From Promethearchaeota archaeon (lineage in GTDB: Archaea > Asgardarchaeota > Lokiarchaeia > Sigyniarchaeales > SOKP01), in assembly GCA_019057865.1 (NCBI GenBank), contig JAHLWP010000049.1, forward strand, positions 1 to 24,630: a stretch of DNA of 24,630 nucleotides, read 5' to 3'. Below are positions 1 to 8,788 of this stretch, piece by piece (the first letter of the stretch is position 1; each line of letters starts with the position of its first letter). A program made the translations under genes and the position numbers. The notes beneath the pieces are model-generated. The model saw only the letters and a program-made list of their open reading frames with translations, made no database searches and was not told the origin of the DNA.

Positions 1-212
1 TAAAGTTGATTGCAGAGAAAGTTATAATTAATGTCTCCTATTCTAATAATACTACGATATTTTTCCTTATTCTTGTCAACAAATGTTTTGGCAAATGATT
101 GAATTGCTGAAAAAAACCCACTTTTTATCTCTGCATTCAAGTCTTCATCAGGAGAGAACTTGAAAAGAGTTAATCCCTCTGAATTAATTATTAAAAACTC
201 ACTAATATACAT
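1..212 (-). CDS. Longin-like domain protein, partial (runs off the left edge; absent from the ORF track)
   Basis: ATG at 212 reads MYISEFLIINSEGLTLFKFSPDEDLNAEIKSGFFSAIQSFAKTFVDKNKEKYRSIIRIGDINYNFLCNQL with no stop. The beta-hairpin IINSEG followed by helix SGFFSAIQSFA is the typical Asgard longin pattern. Confidence 0.7.
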   Translation of the reverse strand, partial: MYISEFLIINSEGLTLFKFSPDEDLNAEIKSGFFSAIQSFAKTFVDKNKEKYRSIIRIGDINYNFLCNQL

Positions 213-492
213 CTTCTAATTCAAATTTCTCCTTTACTCTTGTAATGAATTATATCATTACTTAATTGTAAATTACTCAACTAGCCTACATTTTTATATT
301 TAAACTTTTTTTATTAGACATTTTTTTCAATCAAAAGAACGAACATGGATTACGTAATATTGTTTTTAAAAAATTACATCTTAAGCTCTTTTTAAAAGAA
401 TTAGCAATTGCTCTGAATTATTTAAAATTGAGAGAACATTAAAAAAATTTTTAATTTAGGAAAAATTAAGATATTTAATAACGATATTTGAA

Positions 493-595
493 GCCTCTGT
501 TGCTTAGCCGGTAGAGCGTTGCCTTGGTAAGGCAAAAGATCGGAGCACATCACTTCGAACTGCTAGGGTCGCGGGTTCAATTCCCGCCGGGGGCT
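493..595 (+). tRNA. tRNA-Thr(GGT) with a 30-nt intron at about position 44/45 (537-566)
   Basis: Acceptor stem GCCTCTG/CGGGGGC, D stem GCTT/GAGC, anticodon arm TTGCC-TTGGTAA-GGCAA, T arm GCGGG-TTCAATT-CCCGC, discriminator T, no encoded CCA. Removing 537-566 restores the variable loop AGGTC. Confidence 0.9.
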
Positions 596-611
596 TAAAA
601 TTCATTGGATT

Positions 612-745
612 GCCGGTGTGGCTTAGCTGGTTATAAAGCCTTGGTGATTATGCTTGATCACAGCGCCAGACTCATAATCCTTCTGAAAAATTGGGTCAGA
701 CTGGATGTACTCTGGAGGTCGTGGGCTCGAATCCCACCACCGGCA
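612..745 (+). tRNA. tRNA-Met(CAT), probably elongator, with two introns (about 635-661 in the D arm; about 678-710 in the anticodon loop)
   Basis: Acceptor stem GCCGGTG/CACCGGC, anticodon arm CCAGA-CTCATAA-TCTGG after intron removal, variable loop AGGTC, T arm GTGGG-CTCGAAT-CCCAC. The GCC start fits an elongator Met better than the initiator (A1-U72). Confidence 0.85.
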
Positions 746-764
746 TTCTTATTCTTTAATTTTA

Positions 765-787
765 TCTAAATCCTCTAAGGATTTAGA
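765..787. terminator. Perfect 10-bp inverted repeat between tRNA-Met and the convergent DUF169 gene; possible terminator or processing hairpin
   Basis: TCTAAATCCT-CTA-AGGATTTAGA lies between two convergent 3' ends. The function is inferred from position only. Confidence 0.4.
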
Positions 788-827
788 CTAAATATTATAT
801 TTAAAAAAAATAATTTGGATAACTGAG

Positions 828-1640
828 CTATTTTTCTTTAACGAGAGTACTTCCCTCTCTCTTTTCTGCTCTTTTTTTGAAGGAAGTTTGGAATCCTGGT
901 TTATAATTCATATATTTAGGAATAGGGTACCTCAATCCTGCTTTATGAGTTGCTGCTAAACCTTCTATAATCATTTCCAATTTACTTTTAGGAATAGAGA
1001 ACATCACTTCATAATCTTCTGCGCCTCCCCATACTCTATCTCCATTTCCTAAAATTATTAATTGAGGTTTATCAGTTTGATAGGTTTTAATCACTCCAAG
1101 GTGACAAGAGCCAAACCTACCTGCATCAGTAAACTCTAGTACTCCACCTTCCATATAAAGATATGCTTGGGTTAATCGCATTGCTTGAGCAGGTAGACAG
1201 TAGATTTGAACCACATCTGGTTCAACTTTAGTTCGCGTTAAGGGTGAAATTACAAGCCCCATATATTCATTATTTAGGAAGAATAGATGATTTTGAATTT
1301 TTGCGGATGTTGCTAAATCTTTTGCGTATAACCCTAAATTGAATTTTTGACCCCACTCAGTCATCTCTTCCGTGAATAAATCCCACCCATAAACTGCTCT
1401 AGCTAGCTTACAGACACAATCTTTTTTCGTAACCACCATTGTCCAACCGTAAGTACGTACAATTTTAAAATTTTGACAGAGAAAATTCTGCAATTTCAAT
1501 GTTGAACTAGGTTGTTTACAATCTGGAGGAATTTCTTCTTTGCTTTTAATCAATTTGATAGCAATTGGAAATGTAAGAGGTCTTAAATATTCTTCAAATT
1601 TTTTTCCAAAGTCGTGATATAATTTCAAATTCTCACTCAT
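828..1640 (-). CDS. DUF169 family protein
   Basis: LRPLTFPIAIKL, LCQ...R..G, CVC...YGW, PDVVQIYCLPAQAMRL and GNGDRVWGG..DYEVMFSIP match the DUF169 pattern. Confidence 0.75.
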   Translation of the reverse strand: MSENLKLYHDFGKKFEEYLRPLTFPIAIKLIKSKEEIPPDCKQPSSTLKLQNFLCQNFKIVRTYGWTMVVTKKDCVCKLARAVYGWDLFTEEMTEWGQKFNLGLYAKDLATSAKIQNHLFFLNNEYMGLVISPLTRTKVEPDVVQIYCLPAQAMRLTQAYLYMEGGVLEFTDAGRFGSCHLGVIKTYQTDKPQLIILGNGDRVWGGAEDYEVMFSIPKSKLEMIIEGLAATHKAGLRYPIPKYMNYKPGFQTSFKKRAEKREGSTLVKEK

Positions 1641-1770
1641 TTTTTAAACCAGTTGGCTAAATTATTATTACTTATTATTATTAAGAAATGAATTATGAAC
1701 AATTATTTTTAATTAATATTTAGTTTTAACCTAAAAGGTTTTTTATTTCAAAATCTTAAATTAAATTGTT

Positions 1771-3342
1771 ATGAAATCATTTAATTCTGAAAAAATCACT
1801 TCTGAAGAGATGGCAATTTTAGATAATAACTCGGAATGGTTGGGCATTCCAAAAAGTTATTTAATGGAATGTGCAGGCTATTCTTTCGCAAGTGAAGTTA
1901 TCAATCGAGGTTACATAGGAAATAGTTCGAAAGTAGTTATTTTTTGCGGAACTGGTAATAATGGAGGGGATGGTTTTGTTATAGCAAGGCATTTATCTTC
2001 CTATGGAGTTAGATCTATAGTTATTTTAATAGGAGCTCCTGATAACATTAGGACCAATGAGGCGCAATTGAATTGGAATATAATTTTTAATAGTCTTAAT
2101 TATTCAATAGATATAGAAATTATTAGGGATACAAAAGATTTAAGCCATATTAAAAATATTATTGAAAAAGATAAAGAATATCAGATAATTGTAGATGGAA
2201 TATTAGGAACAGGGATTAAGGGTAAAATTAGGGAACCAATAGCTTCTACGATAGATTTAATTAATGATCTTAAAAAAGAAGAACCGGAAAGATTTAAAGT
2301 TGTTTCTATCGATCTTCCTTCTGGCTTAGATCCAAATACCGGAAAAGTTACCGATAAAGCTGTAAAGGCAGATTTAGTTATAACATTTCATAGGGCTAAA
2401 ATCGGAATGTCTAGAACTAATGAATACATGAAAGAAATATTAGAAAAATCAATAGGCATTCCACAAGAAGCTAGGTTATTTGTTGGAAGAGGTGATCTAA
2501 TCCCTACATTAAAATTAAGAAAAATAGATGCTTATAAAGGCCAATTTGGAAAAATTCTAATAATAGGTGGTTCAAAAAAATATTCTGGAGCACCTGCTTA
2601 TGCTTCTCTAACAGGAATTCATTTTGGATGCGATTTAGTAATAACCTATGTACCAGAAGTTATCGGCAATGTTATTAGAAGTTATTCACCGAATATGATT
2701 GTTAGAACTAATCCTGGAAATTGGTTAAACATAAAAGCCTTAGAAGAAATAAAAGAGTTGATAGATTGGTCTAATGCAATAGTAATTGGTCCAGGTTTAG
2801 GTATAGAAAAAGAAACAGAAGAATTAATAGTAAAGCTTCTAGGGTATTTAAAAGAGAAAAGGAAATCCTATGTTCTTGATGCCGATGCATTAAAATTAGT
2901 TAAGAATCATCTTGATTTGATTAAAGGTGAGAGAGCTGTCTTAACACCTCATCAAGGGGAATTAAAAATAATGGCTAATTTAGATTTACCTTCTTATGAT
3001 AAAATAGAAGAAAGAGCAAATATGATTTTTGATCTGGCAAAAAAGCTTAATACTACTCTTTTAGTAAAAGGTCCATATGATTATATCACAAATGGTAAAA
3101 AACTAAAAATTAATAGAACAGGTTGCCCTGAAATGTCGATTGGAGGAACTGGCGATGTTTTAGCAGGATTATGTGCCACTTTTCTAGCAACAAATAACGA
3201 TCCTTTTGAATCTGCGTGTTCATCAGCATTTCTTAATGGTTATATAGGAGAATATTGCAAAAAAAATTTAGGAGATCGCTTTACAACAACAGATATGATA
3301 GCTAACATTAATGATGCAATTGATAGCATAATCAGTTCATAA
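1771..3342 (+). CDS. nnr: Bifunctional NAD(P)H-hydrate repair enzyme (YjeF_N epimerase + ADP-dependent dehydratase)
   Basis: Epimerase motifs LMECAG, CGTGNNGGDG, VDGILGTG, SIDLPSG; dehydratase motifs KGQFG..LIIGGS..YSGAP, GPGLG, VLDADAL, LTPHQGE, GGTGDVLAG. Confidence 0.95.
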   Translation: MKSFNSEKITSEEMAILDNNSEWLGIPKSYLMECAGYSFASEVINRGYIGNSSKVVIFCGTGNNGGDGFVIARHLSSYGVRSIVILIGAPDNIRTNEAQLNWNIIFNSLNYSIDIEIIRDTKDLSHIKNIIEKDKEYQIIVDGILGTGIKGKIREPIASTIDLINDLKKEEPERFKVVSIDLPSGLDPNTGKVTDKAVKADLVITFHRAKIGMSRTNEYMKEILEKSIGIPQEARLFVGRGDLIPTLKLRKIDAYKGQFGKILIIGGSKKYSGAPAYASLTGIHFGCDLVITYVPEVIGNVIRSYSPNMIVRTNPGNWLNIKALEEIKELIDWSNAIVIGPGLGIEKETEELIVKLLGYLKEKRKSYVLDADALKLVKNHLDLIKGERAVLTPHQGELKIMANLDLPSYDKIEERANMIFDLAKKLNTTLLVKGPYDYITNGKKLKINRTGCPEMSIGGTGDVLAGLCATFLATNNDPFESACSSAFLNGYIGEYCKKNLGDRFTTTDMIANINDAIDSIISS

Positions 3343-3480
3343 TATTTTTGAAAAAAATTAAAAGCAATTAAAAAAATATAAGATTGTTAGGGAGTGCATT
3401 TTTGTTAAAATAAAAGTTTATTAACTCCTAATATTATTATATACTTAATTAATTATAATGAATCTTTGAGTTGAGGTAAA

Positions 3481-4323
3481 GTGGTTGGACTTCAAGTTTT
3501 CAAAATTCTACCCGATGGTACGACTACTGAAATTACTACCGATAAACCGATAAAAGACGTTTTAGAAACTAATGAGTGCTACGTTATTGTTGCTGATGAA
3601 GTTAGAAAAGTATATCTCTGGAAAGGAATCACAAGTAACGTTAGATCCAAATTCATTGGAGCTAAACTAAGCCAAGAAATCAGAGGACAAGTTGGTTTAC
3701 ATTATGCTGTACTTCCACTTGATGAGGGTGAAGAAGAACCAGAATTTATACAGTTGATTGGCGGAAAGACAGAAGCAGGTCATGCAAAAGAGATTAAAGC
3801 ACCAGTTACTCAAGCATCAGCTCCAGCGGTGCATCCTTTAAAGGGAAAAAATATTTTTGGTACTCCAAGACCAGCTGAAGGGATGAATATAGCAGGAAGC
3901 AAAGAACGTGCTGCTTTAAATAGAGGACCTTTATATACTGGAGAAGGTTCCATGGCAGCTCTTATGCGAGATGAAAGCCAAGTAGATTTTCAAGGTGTTA
4001 TGAAAAAATTAGAAAAAATTCAGATACCTGCTGGTTTTGAAAGAGAACTTATCATTATTGGAAATCAAGCGTATTCTGTTGTTGAAAAGGTTCAGCAATT
4101 TTTAGGTAAGAAAGAAGTTACAAAAGAGATATCAAAAGTAGGGTCCATTCCAGAAGGGATCTTTTTTGCTGAGGACTACTCACCTCGCATTTTGTCAGAA
4201 AATGGAAAAATTATTGCTATTGAATTTTTAAAACGCGCTGGTGTACCAATAAAACCAGTACAATCAAAAAATAAAAGAGAAATCTTAAAAGAACAAATTA
4301 AAGAGCAACTTGGGGGAAATTAG
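3481..4323 (+). CDS. Asgard gelsolin-domain protein (one gelsolin domain, linker, C-terminal extra domain; 1DGelX-like)
   Basis: N-terminal LETNECYVIV...KVYLWKGITSN...KFIG...LDEGEEEPEF is a gelsolin repeat. GTG start preceded by GAGGT. Confidence 0.85.
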   Translation: MVGLQVFKILPDGTTTEITTDKPIKDVLETNECYVIVADEVRKVYLWKGITSNVRSKFIGAKLSQEIRGQVGLHYAVLPLDEGEEEPEFIQLIGGKTEAGHAKEIKAPVTQASAPAVHPLKGKNIFGTPRPAEGMNIAGSKERAALNRGPLYTGEGSMAALMRDESQVDFQGVMKKLEKIQIPAGFERELIIIGNQAYSVVEKVQQFLGKKEVTKEISKVGSIPEGIFFAEDYSPRILSENGKIIAIEFLKRAGVPIKPVQSKNKREILKEQIKEQLGGN

Positions 4324-4548
4324 AAATAATATTCCTTCCAGCTTCTATTTTCTTATTAAATAATTCTAAAATAAATGATTATTAAAAGCTAATTCTTAAA
4401 CTTACTTTCTTTTGATTGATTTAATTAATTACTTCAATTAAATTGAGAAAACTATAACTAAACTTTAAAGTATAACTAGGATTTAAAATTTGAGATATAA
4501 ATTTTTAAACATAAAACACTTTATAATTATTAATTGAATTAAAAATAA

Positions 4549-4953
4549 TTGTTGCAGCCAAAATTGTCCGATTTATCACCACAAGAAGCTCAAAGTTTAA
4601 GTAAGTTTTTAGGTAGTATAACTGAATACACAGAGTTAGAAGCCCTAGCTTTGGTGACTCGTGAAGGCTTACGCTTAGCATTTTCATGTGTTCCTGGGTA
4701 TAACATAGATCCTGATTTATTTTCAAGCCTTAGTGCTGTAGTTATGCAATCTGGCTATGACGCAGTTAATTCTCTTGGATATACTCATATGCTTGAAGTA
4801 GTATTGAGAGGAGAAAATGGATTTATAATTCTCTCAGCAGCCGGAAGATTCTTTCTCATGGGTGCTTCAAGACAAACTGCAGATTTGGGTAAAGTAGTCA
4901 CGGTATTCAGATATTACGCAGGAGAGATCTCTAAACGATACCCAATGTCATAA
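4549..4953 (+). CDS. Roadblock/LC7 (MglB-like) domain protein
   Basis: EALALVTREGLRLA, DPDLFSSLSA, EVVLRGENGFIILSAAG and a terminal helix LGKV...FRYYA; 134 aa; TTG start. Confidence 0.85.
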   Translation: MLQPKLSDLSPQEAQSLSKFLGSITEYTELEALALVTREGLRLAFSCVPGYNIDPDLFSSLSAVVMQSGYDAVNSLGYTHMLEVVLRGENGFIILSAAGRFFLMGASRQTADLGKVVTVFRYYAGEISKRYPMS

Positions 4954-5143
4954 TTTTTTAACCTTTATTAAAAAAATCATTAAAAAAAATTTTAGTAGAA
5001 TATCTGTTAGGAATTAAAATTTTAGAATCAATTATGATTTTCAAGTTAAATCCCCATTATTGTGTTATTATAAAAACACTTATTTTAAAAAAGATAAATA
5101 TATTAATTTATAGATAGTGTAAAAATAAATTTGAGATTTTATC

Positions 5144-7306
5144 ATGCCAGAAATTAAAATTTTTGTCGATGTGAATGACGAAATTACAAATAAAGTTGTA
5201 ATCTGTCAATCAAATGCCGATAAATTAGGAGTTAAAAATGGGGGGTCAATAGAAGTTGTAAATCCTGATAATAACTTAAAGAAAACTGCAACTTTAGAGA
5301 TATCTGATATGGTGCTAGATTTTGCAGGGCAAGTTGCCAAAAATGTACTTGATGATTTACAATTTAGCGGAGTTGAATTAGCTATTCGCCCAGTAAGTGC
5401 AGCATCATCCCTTACACCTATGTTAAAAATTCCAAAAGTTCCAGCACCAAAACCAACTCCAACACCTCAACCATCCCAACCATCTACTTTATCTCCATTA
5501 CCTACACCACCACCTAGTGTAACTCCATCCCCTCAACCTACACCTGAACCAACTTTTACACCAGCTCCCGTTCCCCAGCCCATATCAACTCCACAACCGG
5601 CACCAGTACCTCAGTTTAAGCCACCTCCTCAACCCACCCCCACCCCTCAACCATCATTATCCCCTTTGCCTACTCCCCCTCCTCAGCCAACTCCTGCTCA
5701 ATTCACTCAACCATCTATGGGACAGCCTTCAATAGAACCCGTAGCTCCAGCAGAACCATATCCAAATAGAATAGATCTAAATATGTTACAAAGTCAGAAA
5801 AATGGAATAATTTTAACATCAGTTATTGATAATTCTATAGAAGGAGGGCGAATACAACTGAGTAATTCCATTATTCAACGATTAGGTCTAGGACAAGGAA
5901 TGCTTATAGCATGGGAAGATCCATTAACACGAGCTATGGGCTCAGCAAGAATAGATGCAGCAAATATTTTAGATACTCAAATTAAAATGAGTTATGATAC
6001 TAAAGAAGATACAAACATTCACTCACAACAAATTGTTGTTTATTCCACAGAACCTCCAATACAAAAAGCTTCGGAAATAATGCTAGAGGTTCAATCACAA
6101 CCTAATTTGATGGGACATGCTTTAGTTAGCCCAAGAACTCAATATACACTTTCAATAATGCAAGATGATATACTTGCATTTGAAGATGAATTAACAGGAG
6201 CGATCGGAGCTGGTAAAGTTGAAATCTTAGAATCAGTGGCAGATAATACAATTATTATCGATAGTGAAATTCTTGAAGCCTCAGGTATCGGGAGCTTTGA
6301 GGTTAAAGTTTCAAAAAATCAAAGAGCTATTATCCCTCTACAAAATATTTCGCTAGGAATTTCCCCTATTTCGGGTGAAAATATGTGGGAAATTATAAGT
6401 ACTGCTCGACAAAATGTAGCATCCTTAAAAGGCTGGATCTCGAATTATATTATTTTCAAGGGTATTAAACTTAGATGGTCAGCAGTCAATATTGCTTGTT
6501 CAATTCTTAATACTGTTCCTGATCTTACCGGAGATATTTTCGCTAAGGTCACAGAAAATACAGCATTAAGTTTAAGTCCAACTGGGTTGGTCCCTTTTAA
6601 CGCTATTTTGATAATTGATATCAGCCGTTCGATGATGGCGAGGGATGTGCTCTGCATAAACATTGCTCCCGCCATTGAGGGGATAAAAGCCGCAATGGAA
6701 TCTAGAGAAGTCCAAGAATTTTTAAAACATTTCAAAGATGGCATTTACATACCCCGTAGAATATCAGCAGCATTCGCAGCTGTACTCTTCTTGAGCGAGA
6801 AAGTAGGGAGAGGTTTTGGAGAAAAGGTCTCAATAATACGCTTTGCGGACGAAGCACAAATACTCCCCTTTGGAAATTTATTTTATATGGATTCTGCAAG
6901 TGGTAAAAAAGGAGTTCTTGAAGATGCAGCAAGGTTGATCGTCGATAGAATCGGCAATGCCTATGGGCAAGCTACAGCAATGGGTGCTGGAATGATGAAG
7001 GCTAACCAGGTGCTAGGAGAGTTCCAAAAAATGAGCCCAGACCAGCCGACGATGATCGTGCTTTTGACAGACGGTATAGCTACGGACGGGACGCTGTTTC
7101 TTGATGAAATCAAAAAACTGGCAGATAATGTACACGTCGTTATGTACATTGTTGGCCTAGGAAACCCAGATCGGGAACTGATGCAGCGTGCAGCGTCTTT
7201 ATGCGGCGGCGAATATTTTGAGCCGGAAGATGCTGGAGAACTGTTAATATGGTATTCAAAGCGAGCAAGAGATCTAACAGTTAAGCTTAAAGCGCATAAA
7301 GGTTAG
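5144..7306 (+). CDS. vWA-domain protein with CDC48-N-like (double-psi barrel-like) repeats and a proline-rich linker
   Basis: C-terminal vWA with intact MIDAS (DISRS at aa 492; T in QATAM; LLTDG; YIVGLG; GGEYF). Three N-terminal repeats of the type VVICQSNADKLGVKNGGSIEV. The vWA call is strong; the CDC48-N call is moderate. Confidence 0.75.
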   Translation: MPEIKIFVDVNDEITNKVVICQSNADKLGVKNGGSIEVVNPDNNLKKTATLEISDMVLDFAGQVAKNVLDDLQFSGVELAIRPVSAASSLTPMLKIPKVPAPKPTPTPQPSQPSTLSPLPTPPPSVTPSPQPTPEPTFTPAPVPQPISTPQPAPVPQFKPPPQPTPTPQPSLSPLPTPPPQPTPAQFTQPSMGQPSIEPVAPAEPYPNRIDLNMLQSQKNGIILTSVIDNSIEGGRIQLSNSIIQRLGLGQGMLIAWEDPLTRAMGSARIDAANILDTQIKMSYDTKEDTNIHSQQIVVYSTEPPIQKASEIMLEVQSQPNLMGHALVSPRTQYTLSIMQDDILAFEDELTGAIGAGKVEILESVADNTIIIDSEILEASGIGSFEVKVSKNQRAIIPLQNISLGISPISGENMWEIISTARQNVASLKGWISNYIIFKGIKLRWSAVNIACSILNTVPDLTGDIFAKVTENTALSLSPTGLVPFNAILIIDISRSMMARDVLCINIAPAIEGIKAAMESREVQEFLKHFKDGIYIPRRISAAFAAVLFLSEKVGRGFGEKVSIIRFADEAQILPFGNLFYMDSASGKKGVLEDAARLIVDRIGNAYGQATAMGAGMMKANQVLGEFQKMSPDQPTMIVLLTDGIATDGTLFLDEIKKLADNVHVVMYIVGLGNPDRELMQRAASLCGGEYFEPEDAGELLIWYSKRARDLTVKLKAHKG
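5432..5764 (+). repeat. Low-complexity Pro/Thr/Gln coding linker with a duplicated PTPTPQPS..LSPLPTPPP motif
   Basis: About 110 aa of P-rich sequence on a C-rich + strand; the motif occurs twice. Confidence 0.85.
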
Positions 7307-7531
7307 TTTTTTCTTTTACCAAAATAACTTTAAATTTCTTTTTAAATATTGTACTAAGAGTTATAAATTCAAATTTTAGATTATTTTGAGTTTTTACTTA
7401 TTAATTGATTTTTCGCAAATATGAATTACATTAAAATTATTAATAATAATTTTAATAATTATTATAACAAAATTAGATCCATAACTTATTGTATTAAATT
7501 TGTAATAATCATTAAATAACAATAAAAGAGG

Positions 7532-7948
7532 TTGTTGATAATCAAAGACGTTAAAATTATAACCATAGACAATCGTGGCAGAATTGTGATTCCTTTGGTT
7601 ACTCGCAAAAGTTTAGGTCTTACAACTAATACTCAATTAATGTTAGTGAGTGATTCAGAAACTAAAGAGATAAAAATAACACCAGTAGGTATTTCAGAGG
7701 AAGAGAAGCCAATAAAATTCAGGATCACTATGGAGGATATCCCAGGAGCTTTAGCTAAAATTGCTACAACTTTTGGAGATATGGGGATTTCTTTAATATA
7801 TGGTGAGTCTGCAATTGTAGAGAAGGATAAAATAGCGATTTGGACTGTGATTAGTCCCACTCCAAAAGGAATTACTTTGAAGGAATTAAGAGAGAAGTTA
7901 ATAGAAAACGGAGAAGCGCTTAATGTTGAGGTTCTTCCATTAGATTAA
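7532..7948 (+). CDS. AbrB/MazE-type DNA-binding domain fused to an ACT domain; putative regulator
   Basis: TIDNRGRIVIP..TRKSLGL (AbrB swapped hairpin) then FRITMEDIPGALAKIA..FGDMGISL (ACT). GAGG upstream. Confidence 0.8.
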   Translation: MLIIKDVKIITIDNRGRIVIPLVTRKSLGLTTNTQLMLVSDSETKEIKITPVGISEEEKPIKFRITMEDIPGALAKIATTFGDMGISLIYGESAIVEKDKIAIWTVISPTPKGITLKELREKLIENGEALNVEVLPLD

Positions 7949-7995
7949 ATTGAAAATAATTAAAAAGCCTGTATTAAACATAGAGGTTAGTATAA

Positions 7996-8742
7996 ATGGG
8001 TAAAAAGAAAAAAAAAGCACAAAAGAAAGCAAAAGTACAAGAAAAACCCGAACAAGATACAGAGGTTGCAGGTTATTCATTAGGTAATGCTTTACAATCA
8101 GCAAAAAAAACGGAAACAACCTTACAAACTTTATTAAAGGGAGTATCTGAAGGAGATGGATTTGTATATCCGAAAAAAGAAACACAAAAGATTAAACCGC
8201 AGTTATCACATGAGAGTAAAAGAATAATAGCTGAAACTTATGTACTGGAAGATGTTCCTATAACTGAACAACTATTAGTTAAAAAAGGTGCAAGAACTCC
8301 AATAATGATGAAAGATAAACCAACTCAACCTCCTATTACATCAACAAAAGTAGAACCTTCTTTTATTAAAAAGGAAAATATCTATGAAAGATTAACTGAA
8401 TTTTTCGAGGGATTATTAAATGGATATACTGAGAGGTATAATATATGGGAAAATTCAATATCTGGTATTTTAGGTATAATACGTAAAATGCGTAAAATTA
8501 CAAAGAAAAATACAGAAGATCTAGTCGAATCCATCAAGAATTTGTATGAAAAAATTCAGGTAAATTTGGAACAGTTCAAGATAAAACGTAAAGAGGTTGA
8601 GAAAGTGGCAGGAGTAGATATTGAATCGATGTCAAATGAATTTAAAAGAGTTTTAGGAATGCTTGAATTACAAATAAAAGAATACCAATTAAAGAAGGTA
8701 GTAGATGACTATATACATAAAGAAAAACAAATTACTTATTAA
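7996..8742 (+). CDS. Hypothetical protein: Lys-rich disordered N-terminus, long amphipathic/coiled-coil C-terminal half
   Basis: 248-aa ORF, GAGGT upstream, closely spaced and co-oriented with its neighbours. Confidence 0.75.
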   Translation: MGKKKKKAQKKAKVQEKPEQDTEVAGYSLGNALQSAKKTETTLQTLLKGVSEGDGFVYPKKETQKIKPQLSHESKRIIAETYVLEDVPITEQLLVKKGARTPIMMKDKPTQPPITSTKVEPSFIKKENIYERLTEFFEGLLNGYTERYNIWENSISGILGIIRKMRKITKKNTEDLVESIKNLYEKIQVNLEQFKIKRKEVEKVAGVDIESMSNEFKRVLGMLELQIKEYQLKKVVDDYIHKEKQITY

Positions 8743-8788
8743 CTATATTACTTGTACTTTTATAAAATAAAATATTTTAGGATTTCAA

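Noticed and set aside
4505-4726. 73-aa minus-strand ORF
   Set aside because: Antisense shadow of the roadblock gene; no motifs.
6445-7149. Three short minus-strand ORFs (99, 66 and 62 aa)
   Set aside because: Antisense to the vWA gene; the locally higher GC reduces stop-codon frequency.
6590-7306. Diversity-generating retroelement variable region as the cause of the GC shift
   Set aside because: No reverse transcriptase or template repeat is visible in the window, and the shifted region is much longer than a typical variable region.
7633-8185. Minus-strand ORFs of 75 and 81 aa
   Set aside because: Shadows of the AbrB-ACT and Lys-rich genes; the hydrophobicity simply mirrors A-rich codons.
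7532-8742. Toxin-antitoxin pair
   Set aside because: The AbrB domain is fused to ACT, and the next gene has no PIN, MazF or RelE features.
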